This document shows, in pieces, positions 38,700-52,705 of a DNA stretch of 64,000 bases (position 1 is its first letter; each line of letters starts with the position of its first letter). The stretch covers positions 1-64,000 of the forward strand of contig JAKMXF010000025.1 of assembly GCA_024704765.1 (NCBI GenBank), in the 5' to 3' direction. Position numbers and translations under genes: made by a program. This DNA comes from Oopsacas minuta. Its lineage: Eukaryota > Animalia > Porifera. Under the pieces are notes generated by a model. The model was not told where the DNA came from and made no database searches. It was given only the letters and a program-made list of their open reading frames with translations.

Positions 38700-41600
38700 A
38701 TATTGAAAATAGACAACAAACCTAAGTCAATAAGACTTGTATTAGAGTTTGGAATTGTAGAATCGTGAAAGATTTTTTGATGAAAGTCATAAAAATAAAA
38801 GAGTTTGTTAATGAATGGATGAATTATAAGATAATATTGATACAAATACCAAAGGACTATTTCAAGAGGTTTATACTTCAGCAAAAGTGTTTTGATTTCA
38901 AATGGGGAAGTTATCATGTGAATATGTATATTATCAGAATGATTTCATGGTACATCTAATATTAGTTGATTAAGTCATTGAAATTTAGCAAATAATTCCG
39001 AATTATTCATTTCTACTAGACATTTAAACTTTGATTATTATCTAATCTATTTGGAATATATGGAAAGTAAATGCTATGGCATTAATTGAAAGTATATTCT
39101 GATCTTTGAGTAATTCATAATGAGTCAACTGAGATCAAACAGTTGATATTGCAGTAATCTATGTGCGTTACTATAGTTAGAATGTATTAGAATGTTTCAT
39201 TAAATTTGTGTGCTTAGTACAAATCTAATAGAGACTCGATTCTAACAAGCCAGTTTTCAAATGTAAATATCTCAAAAAGTTTTGCTTATTTTGCTATATA
39301 TTTTAAACACATAAACGTCCATACAGCAGGAATACATGCCCATGATTTCAGGAAAAAATAATTTATTTAAGTATACTAAATTCATATGTGAACTACTGCT
39401 GGTTAGATACACCAATTTCTATTAGAAAAAATTAAAGTTTATAAAATATAAATTTATTTTCAGAAAAGTCCGTATCTCTTCTTTCGAATGGCCTAAAAAT
39501 ATTTACATTCTGACTATGGGAAGTTGGTCAAATTAATGGTTGAAGTACTGCTGGCCGAATATTCAGCCAACTTCACACTCGTATCTCTAGGGGAGTTGTT
39601 ATTGTAAAGAGGGGTTCTCGATCCCCTAAAATTCACTTTAATTACTCTGCGATCATCACAATCAAGGCTGCTCCACCTCTCGCGAGCTTCCGCCGGGACT
39701 GGTAACCGCACTGTGACTGATGGCTAACTAGTGGATCAAAGCTTCGAAAGAAATAACATTGGTAATCACGAAGTTGATCATAGTATCTTGAGTTGAGTTG
39801 ATGGGTCATGGAATAATCTTAATACCTCCAGGGATTGGGAGAGAATAGATAACACAACCCAGCATGGCCGGATTAGCCCATACGCCAATTACGCCTGGAC
39901 GTAGGGCCCCGTATCTTGGGGACAGAAAATATGTAATATAAATGTATTTACAGCCCTGGAACCGGAGCAATGGTATATCCAACCTGACCACTTCAATATT
40001 GTGTCTCCTAACTGCGATTTAGGTAACATACTGTTTATATTCATAAATATAACAAATGAATTTATATATGATTAATTCAAAGTGTGATATCTGATTCAGC
40101 ATATTCAACATCTTTAGCCAAATTTTATTAACTCTGTACTTTCTGGTTGCCCCGATAAATAATTAATCATGCCACATCTCAGAATCGAGAATTTCGAATT
40201 CAATGCGACATTCCAGAAATACTTTCCTTGGCAACGGACAAACAGACTGGCAGATAAAAATAGCAATTTTACCTTGTAGATTGTCATTATAAATTCTATT
40301 AATTCATCAGTCTTCCTGACTTTAATTGGATTCGAGATCTAGAGGGCCACCTGTAGACCCCGCATAATTAATATTTCAGAAAGAAAGAAAAATTGTTTCT
40401 AGACAAGTTTTTTACGCAGAATATGAAAAATTCGCTTAGATGCAGGTTAAGTGTGGGTGAATTTTGACCATTATTATCAAAAACTCATCCTTATAATTTT
40501 ACACTATTTTGGCATATAATGTTATGATAATTTGCGAAAGTTGATCATTTTATTTTTCTCACACCTTGAGGTGTTAAAACTGTGCATTATTTTAATTTTA
40601 AAAATTATATGTCTGGAAGAGGATTTCTAATCAGCAACCTAGGTAGTAACATAAAAGAAGTCCAACAGCCTAGGTTTCTGGTGGTTAGTTCAGAGCAACC
40701 TATGAAATATCTTTGTTCTGAACTTTCACTCTAACATAGTATAGTTGTCCTTTGAAAGTCAATCTGATTTCGAAGAATATTCCACTGAAAATTCCTGGAT
40801 TTGATCGGATAGTATCTTGTTCTTTTGTTTGTATACTGTCTATTGTTATACTAAACTCATGGATATAATATACGACTGTATGTTTAATCCCCTCCCCTTA
40901 CACAATGCATGATCCCTGCAATAACAAATTTTTTCGAAGTACGGAGCCCTCCACATGAATTAATGAGCTCAAAGTTGGTATCGTTAGCATCTAATAGGGT
41001 AAGGTAGTTAGTAATAAACTCGACGATTTGACGACTTTATTATCGTTATACGTATAACTTTGTTCGTATTTATACATCGCTTATCCATCTAGTGTAGTTA
41101 AGTGGTTGTACATACATGATGGCACCTCAGGCAGGCCTTTCAAGTCTCACGGTTTTGAATAAATTTTACTGTCTCACCACGAGTAAAGACAAGTTAGGGG
41201 AACTCAAAGTTTGAGAGACCTGCACTTGTGAAAGTTTCCTACTTCGATATTTTTCGATTGGTTTTACTCTAAATATATATAGACTAGGACCAACCTCAAA
41301 CAGTAGTTAGTTCATCGCCGAAGAACAAGGGATTATTAATTATACACGCATATGCACAATAAACAACTAAAACCAAGGTTCTCAGCTCACACGATCTCGT
41401 TTTGTATCACACGACATCCACTGTAATAATGTGCCAATTATTACCATTACAAACTATAAGCCCACGATTTGGTCGGTTCTTGCTAATATGATTGGATCAT
41501 ATACATCACACGACCAACTACTATTCCTTTCCCGATAAAATTCAACTTCAAATTGAGAGCAATGCAATAATATTATATATAAGAATCAGATTTAAGTTTG

Positions 41601-42723
41601 GTATAACTCCCGGGTTAGTAACCAGCCATAAACGAGGAAGACGACCAAGTCTAATTAACCTGAAAGATATATAAGGAGGTTCGGCTTAATTAGAGTCAGC
41701 TGGCGATATGTGTAAACGAATTAGGCTGATACATTTAACTTGTGAACTCTGTTTTGTAATACTAAAAGTAATATTTTCAATAATTGTACCTGCTTATACA
41801 TGGCACTGTACTGTAATTCTCAATGTACACAAATAGCTAATAATATAAGTTGAATACAAATAAAAATGCATTATACTTAGAAGAATTATAACTTTAAATG
41901 AAAATGAATCTCTAAAGTATAAACATAACGGGCCTTGATTTATCCTTTACAAATTTCAACTAACAAATTTTGATTCTAATCATTGCTAATTGAAAGTATA
42001 TTCTAGCCTATTTCCTAAATTTGTAGTGTCTAAGATAATTGCAGTGTATGGTTATCAATATTTTCGTAACCATGTTGTTACATTGAATGCACAATTTTGT
42101 AACCAAGTTTTATACGAAAATATCCATAATTCTTATTATAGAATGATTTGTGAGTCATTCAACGTCAATCTAATCAGCGCAAGGAATTCATCCATACATG
42201 TTTAAATATTGTGTTATTTTTTGTAATCAGATTTACCAACATTTTGGTAAGGATGTATTATATAGTGATGACAAATAAATGCGAAAAATTTCAATGTTCT
42301 TTTTTCAAGCAGGGTATATGAAAAGTCATCGAATGTATTCGTAGCATATTTAGATGCAATTATAGGGATATTGAAATATCATAAAGTCAAAATTTTCAAA
42401 ATATTTGAGTGGAAATTTGCTTGAAAGGGTTTTAACAAAGAATTTCATAATCGAGATAGATTCAAATTAGGAAAAATTCTAGCAACAAAACGTAGAAAGG
42501 GCATGTTCTACGTATACATCTGGCTATTAAATAATGATAAATGATCACCCACATCTAACCTTAGCTATTATTGGGGTATCCCTTCTGTAATACATTTTAT
42601 GTATGTAAATTTAGGTGGGCACACATAAATTTCAGTTGCTAGTGTGTGAACTACTATTGTGGCTGACTATTATATGATCACTTCGTACAAGATTTTCCCA
42701 TTTCTATATTATAGTATAGTACC

Positions 42724-43925
42724 GCGCTTCGCTTGCTATGTCGCTAGTCGAGAACTTTGTAACTTGGATTTAGCTTTAGTATGAAACAGCTAAATTATTA
42801 GTGTTTATAGTCACTACGTGCCTCGAGGTTAAAAATAGTGGAAATAGTACTCTTTTATTATCCATGACCCATCTAAATTTCAATTAATGGACTTCTGAGG
42901 TAATCCTAGAGCTGTTACCTAAATTTTGGTCATACCTCGAATATTATGATATTCTAAATCAATCGATATTCAGGAAATATTGATTTGTGTACAGTTATGA
43001 TGGTTCCATGATAAGGTTGAATTTGCCTAAATAATGACGTCAGGACAACTGACATATTAAGGGCTAATTGTAATTAAAATCTCAAACTTCTATCACCCAT
43101 ACTGTCTAACCAGTGATTAGTGTGATTTTTCGGAAATCCCAAAAGGTGACAATTATGTCGTAAATTTGTAATAGGCGTGAATTTTCGTCCAAGAGTCAAA
43201 ACAATCCGAGCCAGGCCAAAAATATCCCTGTATTCCAAAAATAATCCATTGTTGTGTTCCGTCACTATCTCCATTAAGTATTGTATATTTATACTATTAC
43301 AACGTAATTAATCTGTATGTATGTATGTGTGTGTGTATACGTGTTTGTATGTCCAGAACTGATTGAAGATTGTGGAAGACAGTCCTTATTTTGGATACAT
43401 AGGTATTTTAGGCCTGACTCGGACACTCTCGAGGCCTGGGCAGAAATTCACACGTATGACGAAATTATGACGTCATTGTCACCTTTCTGGATTTTCAAAA
43501 ATCATATTATTAACCACTGTTCAGCCAATATACATGTCAGAAATTTGAAATTTGAATCACAGGTGCCCCTCAAGTGTCAAATGGCGTGATATCATGATTT
43601 TGACCAAATGCAAACTCCTCATGGAATGATTACGTCATCATTACTTAACAAAAAATCAAAATTTCCTGAATTTTGATAATACTTGAGTCAAGAAGTGCCA
43701 AGATTATTAGCCAAAAGCCATGTAGCAGCTCCCGTGTATTAAAAGGATTATAGATAGACCATGAATAATATAATTTATAATAACTGCCGTTTTTAGCTCG
43801 AGGCGTGTAGTGCCTATTTTATCTCTTCGCGTTGTGACAAAAGCATCAAGAAATATAGATAATTCATACTTAAGCTAAATTGGAAGCACCAAGCAATCGC
43901 CTAGCGACCTAGCAAGCGAAGCACG
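42724..43925. mobile_element. Foldback/MITE with long imperfect inverted arms and an internal (TG/TA) microsatellite
   Basis: gcgcttcgcttgctatgtcgctag...atttagctttagtatgaa...cactacgtgcctcgag...gagctgttac...attcaggaaatattgattt mirrors 43640-43925; microsatellite at 43315-43350; a solo end of the family lies at 45778-45805. Confidence 0.65.
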
Positions 43926-46350
43926 CTAGCATTAATATACTTTCAGATTAGTTGCGTTTAAATAGTATAGATTACCCTTTGATGTCAATTCAATTCCTAA
44001 TAGAACAATCTCAGGGGGGACATGGACAACCTGGCACCTCAGTAGATTCGCGCCTGGTTTGAGATCCTATTAACCATTCATTTCAATTTACAAACTAGCT
44101 AAATTCAACTGAAAACAAATCCAATGACAAATCTTTACAAAAGTTGAATAAAATTTAATCACATGGATTATATTATTATGTGTATAGAATTATAACATCT
44201 GGTTATTTTATTGAAATTTAATATCTCAGACATGTAGATCTCATCACAACCAAGTGAAGGGGTTCTATGTGGATTTTCGCCTCAGTCATCATCGTCCAAC
44301 CCGTCCTAGGTACAAAATCTTCAAGTTACTTTCTGACCATAAATATAGAAGACAATGATTAGGGCACTGCTGAAACGTTGCAAAGGTTCGTGTCCAGAGA
44401 TTCATTGTGAGCATGCATAATTTCTAACATTTATTAGTTCGGTGCAATGAAAATAAAATCATAATTGAGGTTTGTAAAACCTAAAAAATTGAGGTGTATG
44501 GAACAAAGTCAAATAGCACTTCTTACTCACAACTAAATTGCAGTTATACTTACATTCTTAATAACGTAACAGATATAATTAGGTAGCAAAAAAACACTAG
44601 AGTAGTTTAATTCTTTGATGTGATATACAAAGAAGAATTTGACACAATGTATTAAAATAAGTTAAAAATGGCACTAATAAATCACACTTGGGTAAAATAA
44701 AATATAACCCGCCAAGGAGAGGTTATAAGAGATGGGCTTTATTAAGATTGTCCTCGATTATTGCATTAAGGACCACTTGAAAAACGACTTCTATATTACT
44801 TGTATCAGTCGCAGTCGTGAAGTGAGGATAAACATATTTGTCTTTGTTGGAATTGCGCTCTTTAAATAGAGACTTGACATGTTCCCCTGCCAATCTAGGA
44901 TCACGATCTGGTCCTAGAAGGAATACTAATGGGTAATATTGTTTGTTAAATATTTGATATTGGAAATATGAGAAATGAAATGCATATAAAAAATATCAAT
45001 TTTCTAACAAATTCTTCCAAAAATACAATACATTCTCGCTATCAGAACAAAACTGTTCCAACCGCAAATAATTCGTATATCATATATCTTCGAGATGTAG
45101 ATCACGATATTTTAGTCCAATTTCAATATGTTAATGAATTGTTAAATTTAGATAGTCTAGTAACTACACATTCTTGCTAACTACAGAAATTCATCTAGTT
45201 CGATGTGGGACTATGCAATTTATATATGCTGAAACACATTTTGACACAGACACATAGGCGACAGTTTGTCATAATGAACAGAGTTCCCAGTGTATAGAAA
45301 TCGCATATTCCCACATCCGAACGAGAAAAATTCTGTAATTAGCCATGATGAACAGCTGCTAGATTATCTAAATAGAACAATATATTCCCACTTAAAAACA
45401 TAACTTGGACACATATAGTAATATACATCTTGATGATATCTTATGACTTTATAGTTATTGTTTCTCGCAAAATTCATGTATTTGTAAGAAATATGTGAAA
45501 ATAAAAATAAAATTAAGAAGTGTGATATAGGTTCAAGCAAAATCGTGTTAAAAAGCTATTTTTAGGGCCGATATGTGTAAAACTAGACTTGGCTAGCCGA
45601 GCGGCGTCGAACAAAGGTTCACTCCATGGAGTTGGGACAAATTATGAGAATGGAATTTTACCACACTATAGGGAAAGTATCCCCCCAATTTTTCGTTTGA
45701 TTGACTGGAATATATAGTTTAAATTACATAGTGCGAAATCATAAGCGATAACTATACTAATAAATCTTAATGTTAACTAGCGCTTCGCTTGCTAGGTCGC
45801 TGCGTGACACCTTTGGCATCAGGTTAGCTCAGGTATTTAACTGCTAAAATCGTGATGCTCTTGGCCGATACGCGAGCGGATATACATTTAGTTAGTTCTC
45901 AATCCTTCTACTGTCCCAAAAACCTATTATTGCGATACACTTTTGGAATACTGGCCATTATTTTAAATTATAAATGGATAGTTTATAATTCATATTTATG
46001 TAACTGCATTGAGTTAAACAATTTCTGTGTAATTAATTGTATTAATTGAATCTCTGTTCCCTAATGCGAACGAAGAATTGAGATGATATCCAGTGCCGTA
46101 ACTATATCTTGTGGGTCCCTAGCAAAATCAGGTTGAAGCACAACTTAAGCAAATAATATATATTTCTAAATAATATAATAATTATTATCATTTGTTAGCT
46201 ATGGTGAAATTGGTTAGCAATTAAAAGACTAATTTAGAATGAGGTATCAAAACAAGTACATTGGAACTCGGATACGGAAAACACCTTCTGAAACAGAAAA
46301 AACAGTGTGTGTTATCTGATCAAAATGAATGGAATGAAATTTGTGGGTTA

Positions 46351-47660
46351 TAGGGTGGCTTTTAAGTTCTGACTCATTATATATTGTAACTTTTTGAATA
46401 ACTTATTAATCTTTCATTTATCATTTTCATTATATATTTGAGTAAATATTTTGTAGACATAAACATTTTTTAGTATTCAATATAGCCACTCATATTCTGA
46501 ATTACCGCTCGTAGACGCCCAGGTACTGTCTCAAATGCAGGGCGCAGTGTTTCTTCATGTATTTTCGCACATTCTCTGATGAGATCCTTCTTTAATGACT
46601 GAATGTTGGTATAAGTCTTTGCACATGCAATTTTCTCCAATAATGACCAGATCCAGAAGTCCATGGGATTCAGACACGGGCTTGATGGTGGCCTGTCTTC
46701 CTTGCGAATAAACCCGGAATATTTACCAGCCAGGCTTTCATGATTCGAGCAGTATGGGTTGGAGCAGCATCCCGTTAGATCAAGAAACGGTTATTGCCGA
46801 ATACCTAGCACTCAGATCTTTGTATGTATTAGAGTTAACTATTACACCAGGCGGTAAAAATATTAGCGGTGCCCGCTCATAACCGGAGACTCCATCCCAG
46901 ATCACTGTACTATTTATTCCTAAAGTTTGCTCTAAAAGTCTAAAAATGGAAAATAATTTTGGTAGTCATCGCTAATTATCGTAGAAATCAAACCTAGGAT
47001 AATATTGGCTTGTACTATGGACATTCGAAGCGAATTGATAGAGTTCTGGTTCTGTCCACCCTATAACTTCCCATTAGATTAAAAAAATTCTGCGTGCCAT
47101 ATTCTGCGAGCCGATTAAGAAGTGTCTTGAAATGAAGTAGTCATTTCTCCCGAAAAACACTAGAAAGATAGTGTACTTTGCTTCTTTTGTGAGAATATAA
47201 TCCAAGGGAACTTCCCACTATCATATTTACAAAGGCACTTGATATTTTAAGTTCATAAAACAGTTTTGCATCGATCGACGAGGATTTCGCCTAATCCTTC
47301 CCAAATTATTTTCTTCATCCTATTTGTTTTTACAGTGAAAGGACGTCTACTTCCATATCTTTCTTTTACACTACCAGTTTCAAGATAAAGATAGATAGTG
47401 CGTATATAACTTCCAACGTTCTTGGGAAATATTAGAGTTTCATGATGTCACACGGAAGTTTTCGATTTACAAATAATTCAATTATTGCAAAGCGTTCTCT
47501 CTACATCTGAATTATCTAATATATTGCCTATATATAACCTTAGCTGAATTAAAATTCCCTGCTCAATTTCATAAAGAACTATGTAGTCAAACATGATAAT
47601 TCATAAATATTATATAATGGTTAATATCGAAGTATAAATTAGTGGGCCAGCACTTAAAAT
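46351..47660 (-). mobile_element. maT-like (DD37D-type) Tc1/mariner remnant
   Basis: TA|tagggtggcttttaagttctgac end. Frame-joined RFAIIELF...YLETGSV, DAAPTHTAR...PPSSPCLNPMDFWIWSLLE...SGYIE. The upstream end is approximate. Confidence 0.8.
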
Positions 47661-47684
47661 GGGTGCCTTTTAAGTAAAGAGGTA

Positions 47685-47820
47685 CAGTATACCCTCGCTA
47701 ATCCGAACATTCTGTACCAATGATCAGATGATATCAGGTTAGCAACTGTGCGGATTAGTGAAATAACACAAATTATCCTATAGACAATCACCACCTCGAT
47801 AATTCGATTTTTCACTGTCT
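47685..47820. mobile_element. Tigger-type MITE or end fragment
   Basis: ta|cagtataccctcgctaatccgaac resembles the TIR at 21779; a divergent opposite end lies near 47815. Confidence 0.5.
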
Positions 47821-48949
47821 ACCATCTAAAATCGAGATGGATCTAATAATTAAACAGATTAAATGAAGGATATTGTGATCCCCAATCATCAGATGGACTC
47901 CTCTAGTTTTCTAAATGTCTACAATTAGATAATATAGAATATACAATGTGGAAGTTTAACTGCCTATTTGAAATAGTATTAATGAATGCATGCCACAGTG
48001 GGCTAATGAGGAGAAGTAGGTAAATTTTTCATGTTGCTAGAAAACTGTGATACTAATACATCGGATTACTTTTATCACAAAGTGACCAAATGACTGCTTC
48101 ATGACATATCAATATTCAAAATAACTCTACTATAACCGATTGGGGCCTGTGTTACGTTGGTAATGACTAGGAAACCAAAATTTCACCACTTCCTTTAACC
48201 AATTCCCCCACCACAAACGAGACTTTACCACCTTTGTGAATTCATAAACAAAATGATAATGATAGAATAGTCATCTTGTACTCTAACCAGGGCATTAGGA
48301 TCTTACGATCAAATATCGTACGATCCGGATCTAGATCCCTTGTGGAATCGGAAGAGGATAGTTGATCCATTTGAAAAAGTAGGATCCGAATCGGATTGAC
48401 TATTTTCTGAAAAGATCACGATCCTTCGAAATATTGGCGTAAAGTTTAGGGTCATTTTCAGGATCAATCTCGAGCTCAAAACTTTGCAACTTACTCTCAA
48501 AAGGACTTTCCTCAGTATTTCAAGTACTGCACTTGATAATATGATCTTTTCTCAACAAACATTTCTTATCGGCCAATACTAATACCATACAATTAGGATT
48601 TACCAAATTTGATTATTCCTTGCTCACCTGTCTAACTTAGCTTTTGAAGCAACAGCACTTTGTCACTGGGCAATTCCATTTACAAGTTATAACGCTATAT
48701 TCTAAATTAAGACTGACTAACGAACACAAGTTGTTACTAACGTATAACTCGAAACTTTCAATTCAATCCATACCTCTATTAAATTAGTTCAATGATCCAC
48801 AATCCAAAGGAAGATTATAATATAAGACATTGTTAACGCCTGTTTGTTCGTACATATCAGTTGGAATAACCTTATGTATTTTCAGATTGTAAATAATGTG
48901 GGATTTACATATATTCCGACTACGTTATCCGGCAAATAACTGTTAGAAA

Positions 48950-49670
48950 ATACCTGTGTAGCAGCCCAGAATATACCCGCGTACAATTTGGACCAGGACA
49001 GAACACACCCCCAGGTATGAAGTGGGCTAGCCCAGAATATCCCTGGACTTTTAGTAAACCTAACGTGCTTGCACATTTGATTGTACCATTAGTCTTCAAT
49101 AGAGCTTTCAGCAATGGTGAAAAATTATACTTTACTTGTACTCAGTCAATACTTTACCAGTACTCAGTTTGGGAATATATCAATCAATCAATTGAGGGTA
49201 AATCAGTCAATCAGTTGACAATATATCCACTCAATCAGTTGAGAAAAAATCTGGTTGACTTGATTTATCCTCAACTGAATGAGTCAATCAATTGAGAAGA
49301 CATCAGTCAATCAGTAGAATAAAGCGAGTCAACCAGCTGAGAATACATCAGTCACTCAGGTGAGAACAAATCAAGCCAATTACCTTTATGAATACATAGA
49401 TGACATCAACGCTCCACACTTTTGCAGATGACATAATAAAGGTAGGGAGTCTAATCTGTCCTAGCCCACTTCATACGAGGGGGGTATAATTTGTCCCAAG
49501 ACAGAACACCGGGTATATTCTGACCCAGATTAAACCCGAGTACGAAGTGGGCTAACCCAGGGTTATACTCATGGGGGTAAAATCTGTTCTAGGGCAGAAT
49601 AAACCAGGGTATATCCTGATAGGACGGATTATACCCAGGTATATTCGTGGAAGGGGGTTTTGCTGTTAAA
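48950..49670. mobile_element. Nested MITE with repeated cccagaatatacc-type motifs in both arms
   Basis: Motif is repeated forward at 48965-49050 and inverted (gggtatattctg/gggtatatcctg) at 49510-49650; exact ends unresolved. Confidence 0.55.
49140..49385. repeat. Degenerate minisatellite, unit of about 23-24 bp (cagtcaatcagttgagaataaat-like)
   Basis: Recurring tcaatcagttgag / tcaatcaattgag / tcaaccagctgag. Confidence 0.7.
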
Positions 49671-50199
49671 CTTGATTCGGCGGTATGTAGAAACAAAGTT
49701 GTTACTATATACTAACAATATTCAGTATAGAGCGGATCAAACACCTACATATAATCACTTTCATACACATGGTAGCACTTTTTGAAATGATGTATAGCCC
49801 ATGTATAAATAAATAAGTAGATACTTTTATAAGAACCTATAGTCGTAACTTCCAGCAATATAATCAAATGTTCAACTGTATTTGGAAATATTGATCATTA
49901 ATAAGAAGATCTTAAATTGGATCGTGATTGGATCATATCCTTTTAGAATTTAGGAACAGAACCAGGAACGCCGATCATAATTCCAGCCAGGTTCGGAATC
50001 GGGATCTTGTAATTGAGGATCGTCTAACACCCTAATTATAACATTTCTTGGTATTAACAAATATATTATGAAGGAATTTCTCTGCTTCACAAACTTACTA
50101 CAAATTCTTCATAAAAAACTTAAATCAATTAAACTTTCACATTTCTTGATTGTTCTGGAATAATGGATCCTAACGATATTGACAATGATAATTCTAGAT

Positions 50200-51330
50200 C
50201 TCTACCTAATACTGACAGGTTTGAAGATATGTCATTGGAATTCTAGGGGACTGTACTCAAAGATGACCAATATTCGACTGTTACTTCCTCAACCTGGAAA
50301 TGAATGTGACGCACTTGGAATATCTAAAACTGGTTACACGATAATTTAGTAAGGAAATACACATTCTTAAGATAGATCTGATGGTAAAAGGGGCCTGTGT
50401 TGTGATATATCTTATAGAGACATTAAATATGATAAGAAGAAAAGATTTAGAGTATAATCAAGATGAGTTATCTGGGTAGAACTTACTTTTGACTATGCAA
50501 AAACCTATATTATTATGTTTCTCTTACAGACCTCCTATGGCAAAATCTGCTCGTTGACTCGATTTCGAGACAAAGTATAGTTAGCTTTGTCAGAAGCAAA
50601 GGAGACTTCATCATGGATTTATTAAAGGCTGACAGTTATAGTGAGAAACTTTTAGATGTTTCTACAATAATGGTTTGACTCAATTGATTTCAGAGAGCAC
50701 AAGGGTTACAGCTTTTTCTAAATCTCTGACTGATCATGCATATGTCCGACCCAGAAAACATTAAGCAAGACAAAATTCTTAAATTCGGCACTAGTGAACA
50801 TTTCCAATATGTTTAGTACTCAAAAGAAGATTCAAACAGAATCGTGGTCATATATATGCCAAATAGAAATTTTAAATCGCTTAATGAAGCAGAGTTTCTT
50901 AATGACTTTCTAATTCGTCTTGGAATATTCTTGATAGACTGATGATATAGATGATATGTTGGACTTGTGGTAAGGTCTATTATTCAGCATAATCGATATT
51001 TACTTGTCTATCAAGAGGAAACGAGTTAAACAGCCATCCCAACCTGAATGGCTCAGTCAAAACTCCAAGCCATGAAGACCAGGGATATTTATACATCCCA
51101 TAAAGATCTAACAATGGAAAATATGGAAAAATAATGTAAATAATATGATATCTGAAGCCAAATCATCTAACTATGCAACTTTATTTTCATCTAACAAATC
51201 AAAGTGTCTAGAAAGTATTAAAGAAGTTGATATGAAAGAAATGTCGGTGTGTTGTATCCAGTTAAAATATGACAATTCTGTATCAGATCCTTTAGTGATA
51301 CAGAAGCCTTAAACAAATTTTTCCAAGTAG
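50200..51330 (+). pseudogene. Non-LTR retrotransposon (CR1/L2-like) ORF2 fragment: APE endonuclease and linker, RT missing
   Basis: Frame-joined LKICHWNSRGLYSK, CDALGISKT, YRPP (cttacagacctcct), KGDFIMDLL, KRKRVKQPSQPEW, DPL...EALNKFF. Confidence 0.75.
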
Positions 51331-52639
51331 TTTCATATACATTAGTGTGCCTCTCTTGCTGGCGCTACGCGGTTACGAACACTTCGTGTCTGCAGTTTGG
51401 CCTACGACCCTCGAGTACATAAATCTTAACCGTAGCAAACATGATACTGCCATAATCTGTAAATCTGCTTACTTGATGTCCTCAAAAGTGAACAAATATT
51501 TATGAAATGTTGTTCACAATATCATATTTGGAGTCAGAATATTCAATTACGCCAATATAGCCGTTGTATGATAAATCTACTACGAATTTGAAACTTGTTA
51601 CTACATGTACCAGAATGAGTGGCTGTAATCATGTCTGCAAGGTCAAATCCATCAAAGTCACAATCTGACACATTCTCGTCCTCGATCAAGTTGTATACAG
51701 CGTTAGAGACACTCCCGGGCATATTGATGGGGTTATTGATAGGGCTACTGTCCTTGGCATCCTTCCAGACCTTGGCAATAGTCAACGAATACTTGACTAA
51801 GAGGGTCCCAGCAGGGAAGTACAGAGATTACAATTGGTGGTAGGGCCAACTTTACATTGAGCATATCATACATTAGAATCTCCCGAAGTGGGTAGTAGGA
51901 AGGGGTGTGTTTGGATAACCACAGACAATTGAACCTCCTCATGTGGAGCATTTGTCAGATGAGGGTTGGGCTGCCCGAAGGGAAATTGAAATGAATTTGT
52001 ATACAAAAATTCAACTTGAAATTCCAAAAGTGGGGTGGGTGAGGAGGCGTATTTGTAAAATACACAGCCTAATGAGCCTTCAAAGTGTTAATTGTCAGAA
52101 ATTTCATTTCGGGTACGTCACAGGCTTCCCCAAATTTAAATGTGTAATCTAAAATGAATATACAATTTCCCTTCAGTTGGGTAATCAACTAATCATACTG
52201 TAAGAAGCTGTATTGCTTATAATTTTCACCTTATGCCTAAAATTATCTCAGACAAGACTCATTTTATTAACGAAAAATGTCAGAAGTGTGTATTTCCCAA
52301 AGTGAGGTGTTGAGTCTATCTAATGCTTCCCGAACACCTCGAATCGGGAGGTTCTGCTGAAGTAGTCCATGACAATATGAAAAGATGATATATAGGGGCA
52401 AAGAGATGCGAAAAGGTGGCAGGGTAATGGCCCCCACTTGGCTCTCTCTTGGGTACGCCACTGGTCAGTGGCCCATTCATGGAGATATTTACTAGTGTGT
52501 TGACAGTTTGATTCAAGAACTAGTTTCGGGAAGGGGTTTAATGCGCTTCAAAGTAGAAAAGCCGCGCTTTGGCCAGGATGTCAACATGGGAATGGTGAGG
52601 GCGATCTTGGCGAAGGTACAGAGGTTGGGAAAGCAAGAG

Positions 52640-52705
52640 TAGGTCGGGATTCGAATCACTCGCTGGGAGTCGTCGGTCACAGAATTCAGTGGTTAACCTT
52701 TCGCG
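52640..52705 (-). other. Possible tRNA-derived SINE head
   Basis: B-box-like GATTCGAATCCC with a weak upstream A-box-like TCGCGAAAGGTTAA; does not fold into a full cloverleaf. Confidence 0.25.

Larger units (their letters stand above)
33611..39582 (-). mobile_element. Mutator-superfamily (NOF/Rehavkus-like) element with ~450-bp TIRs and an OTU domain
   Basis: Near-identical inverted arms 33611-34058 and 39134-39582; perfect 9-bp TSD ATCTCTAGG at 33602-33610 and 39583-39591. Confidence 0.93.
48288..50034. mobile_element. Non-autonomous hAT-like element with GATC-rich subterminal regions
   Basis: TIR cagggcattag / ctaacacccta; decayed 8-bp TSD actctaac vs attataac; about 10 and 7 GATC motifs in the terminal ~190 and ~150 bp. 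Confidence 0.65.

Noticed and set aside
38300-38960. Possible divergent second gene inside the Mutator element
   Set aside because: Only short AT-rich frames with stops, interrupted by a MITE, and no recognisable motif.
51543-52150. Acidic minus-strand ORF pieces, possibly a pogo-type C-terminus
   Set aside because: No catalytic motif or ends could be identified with confidence.
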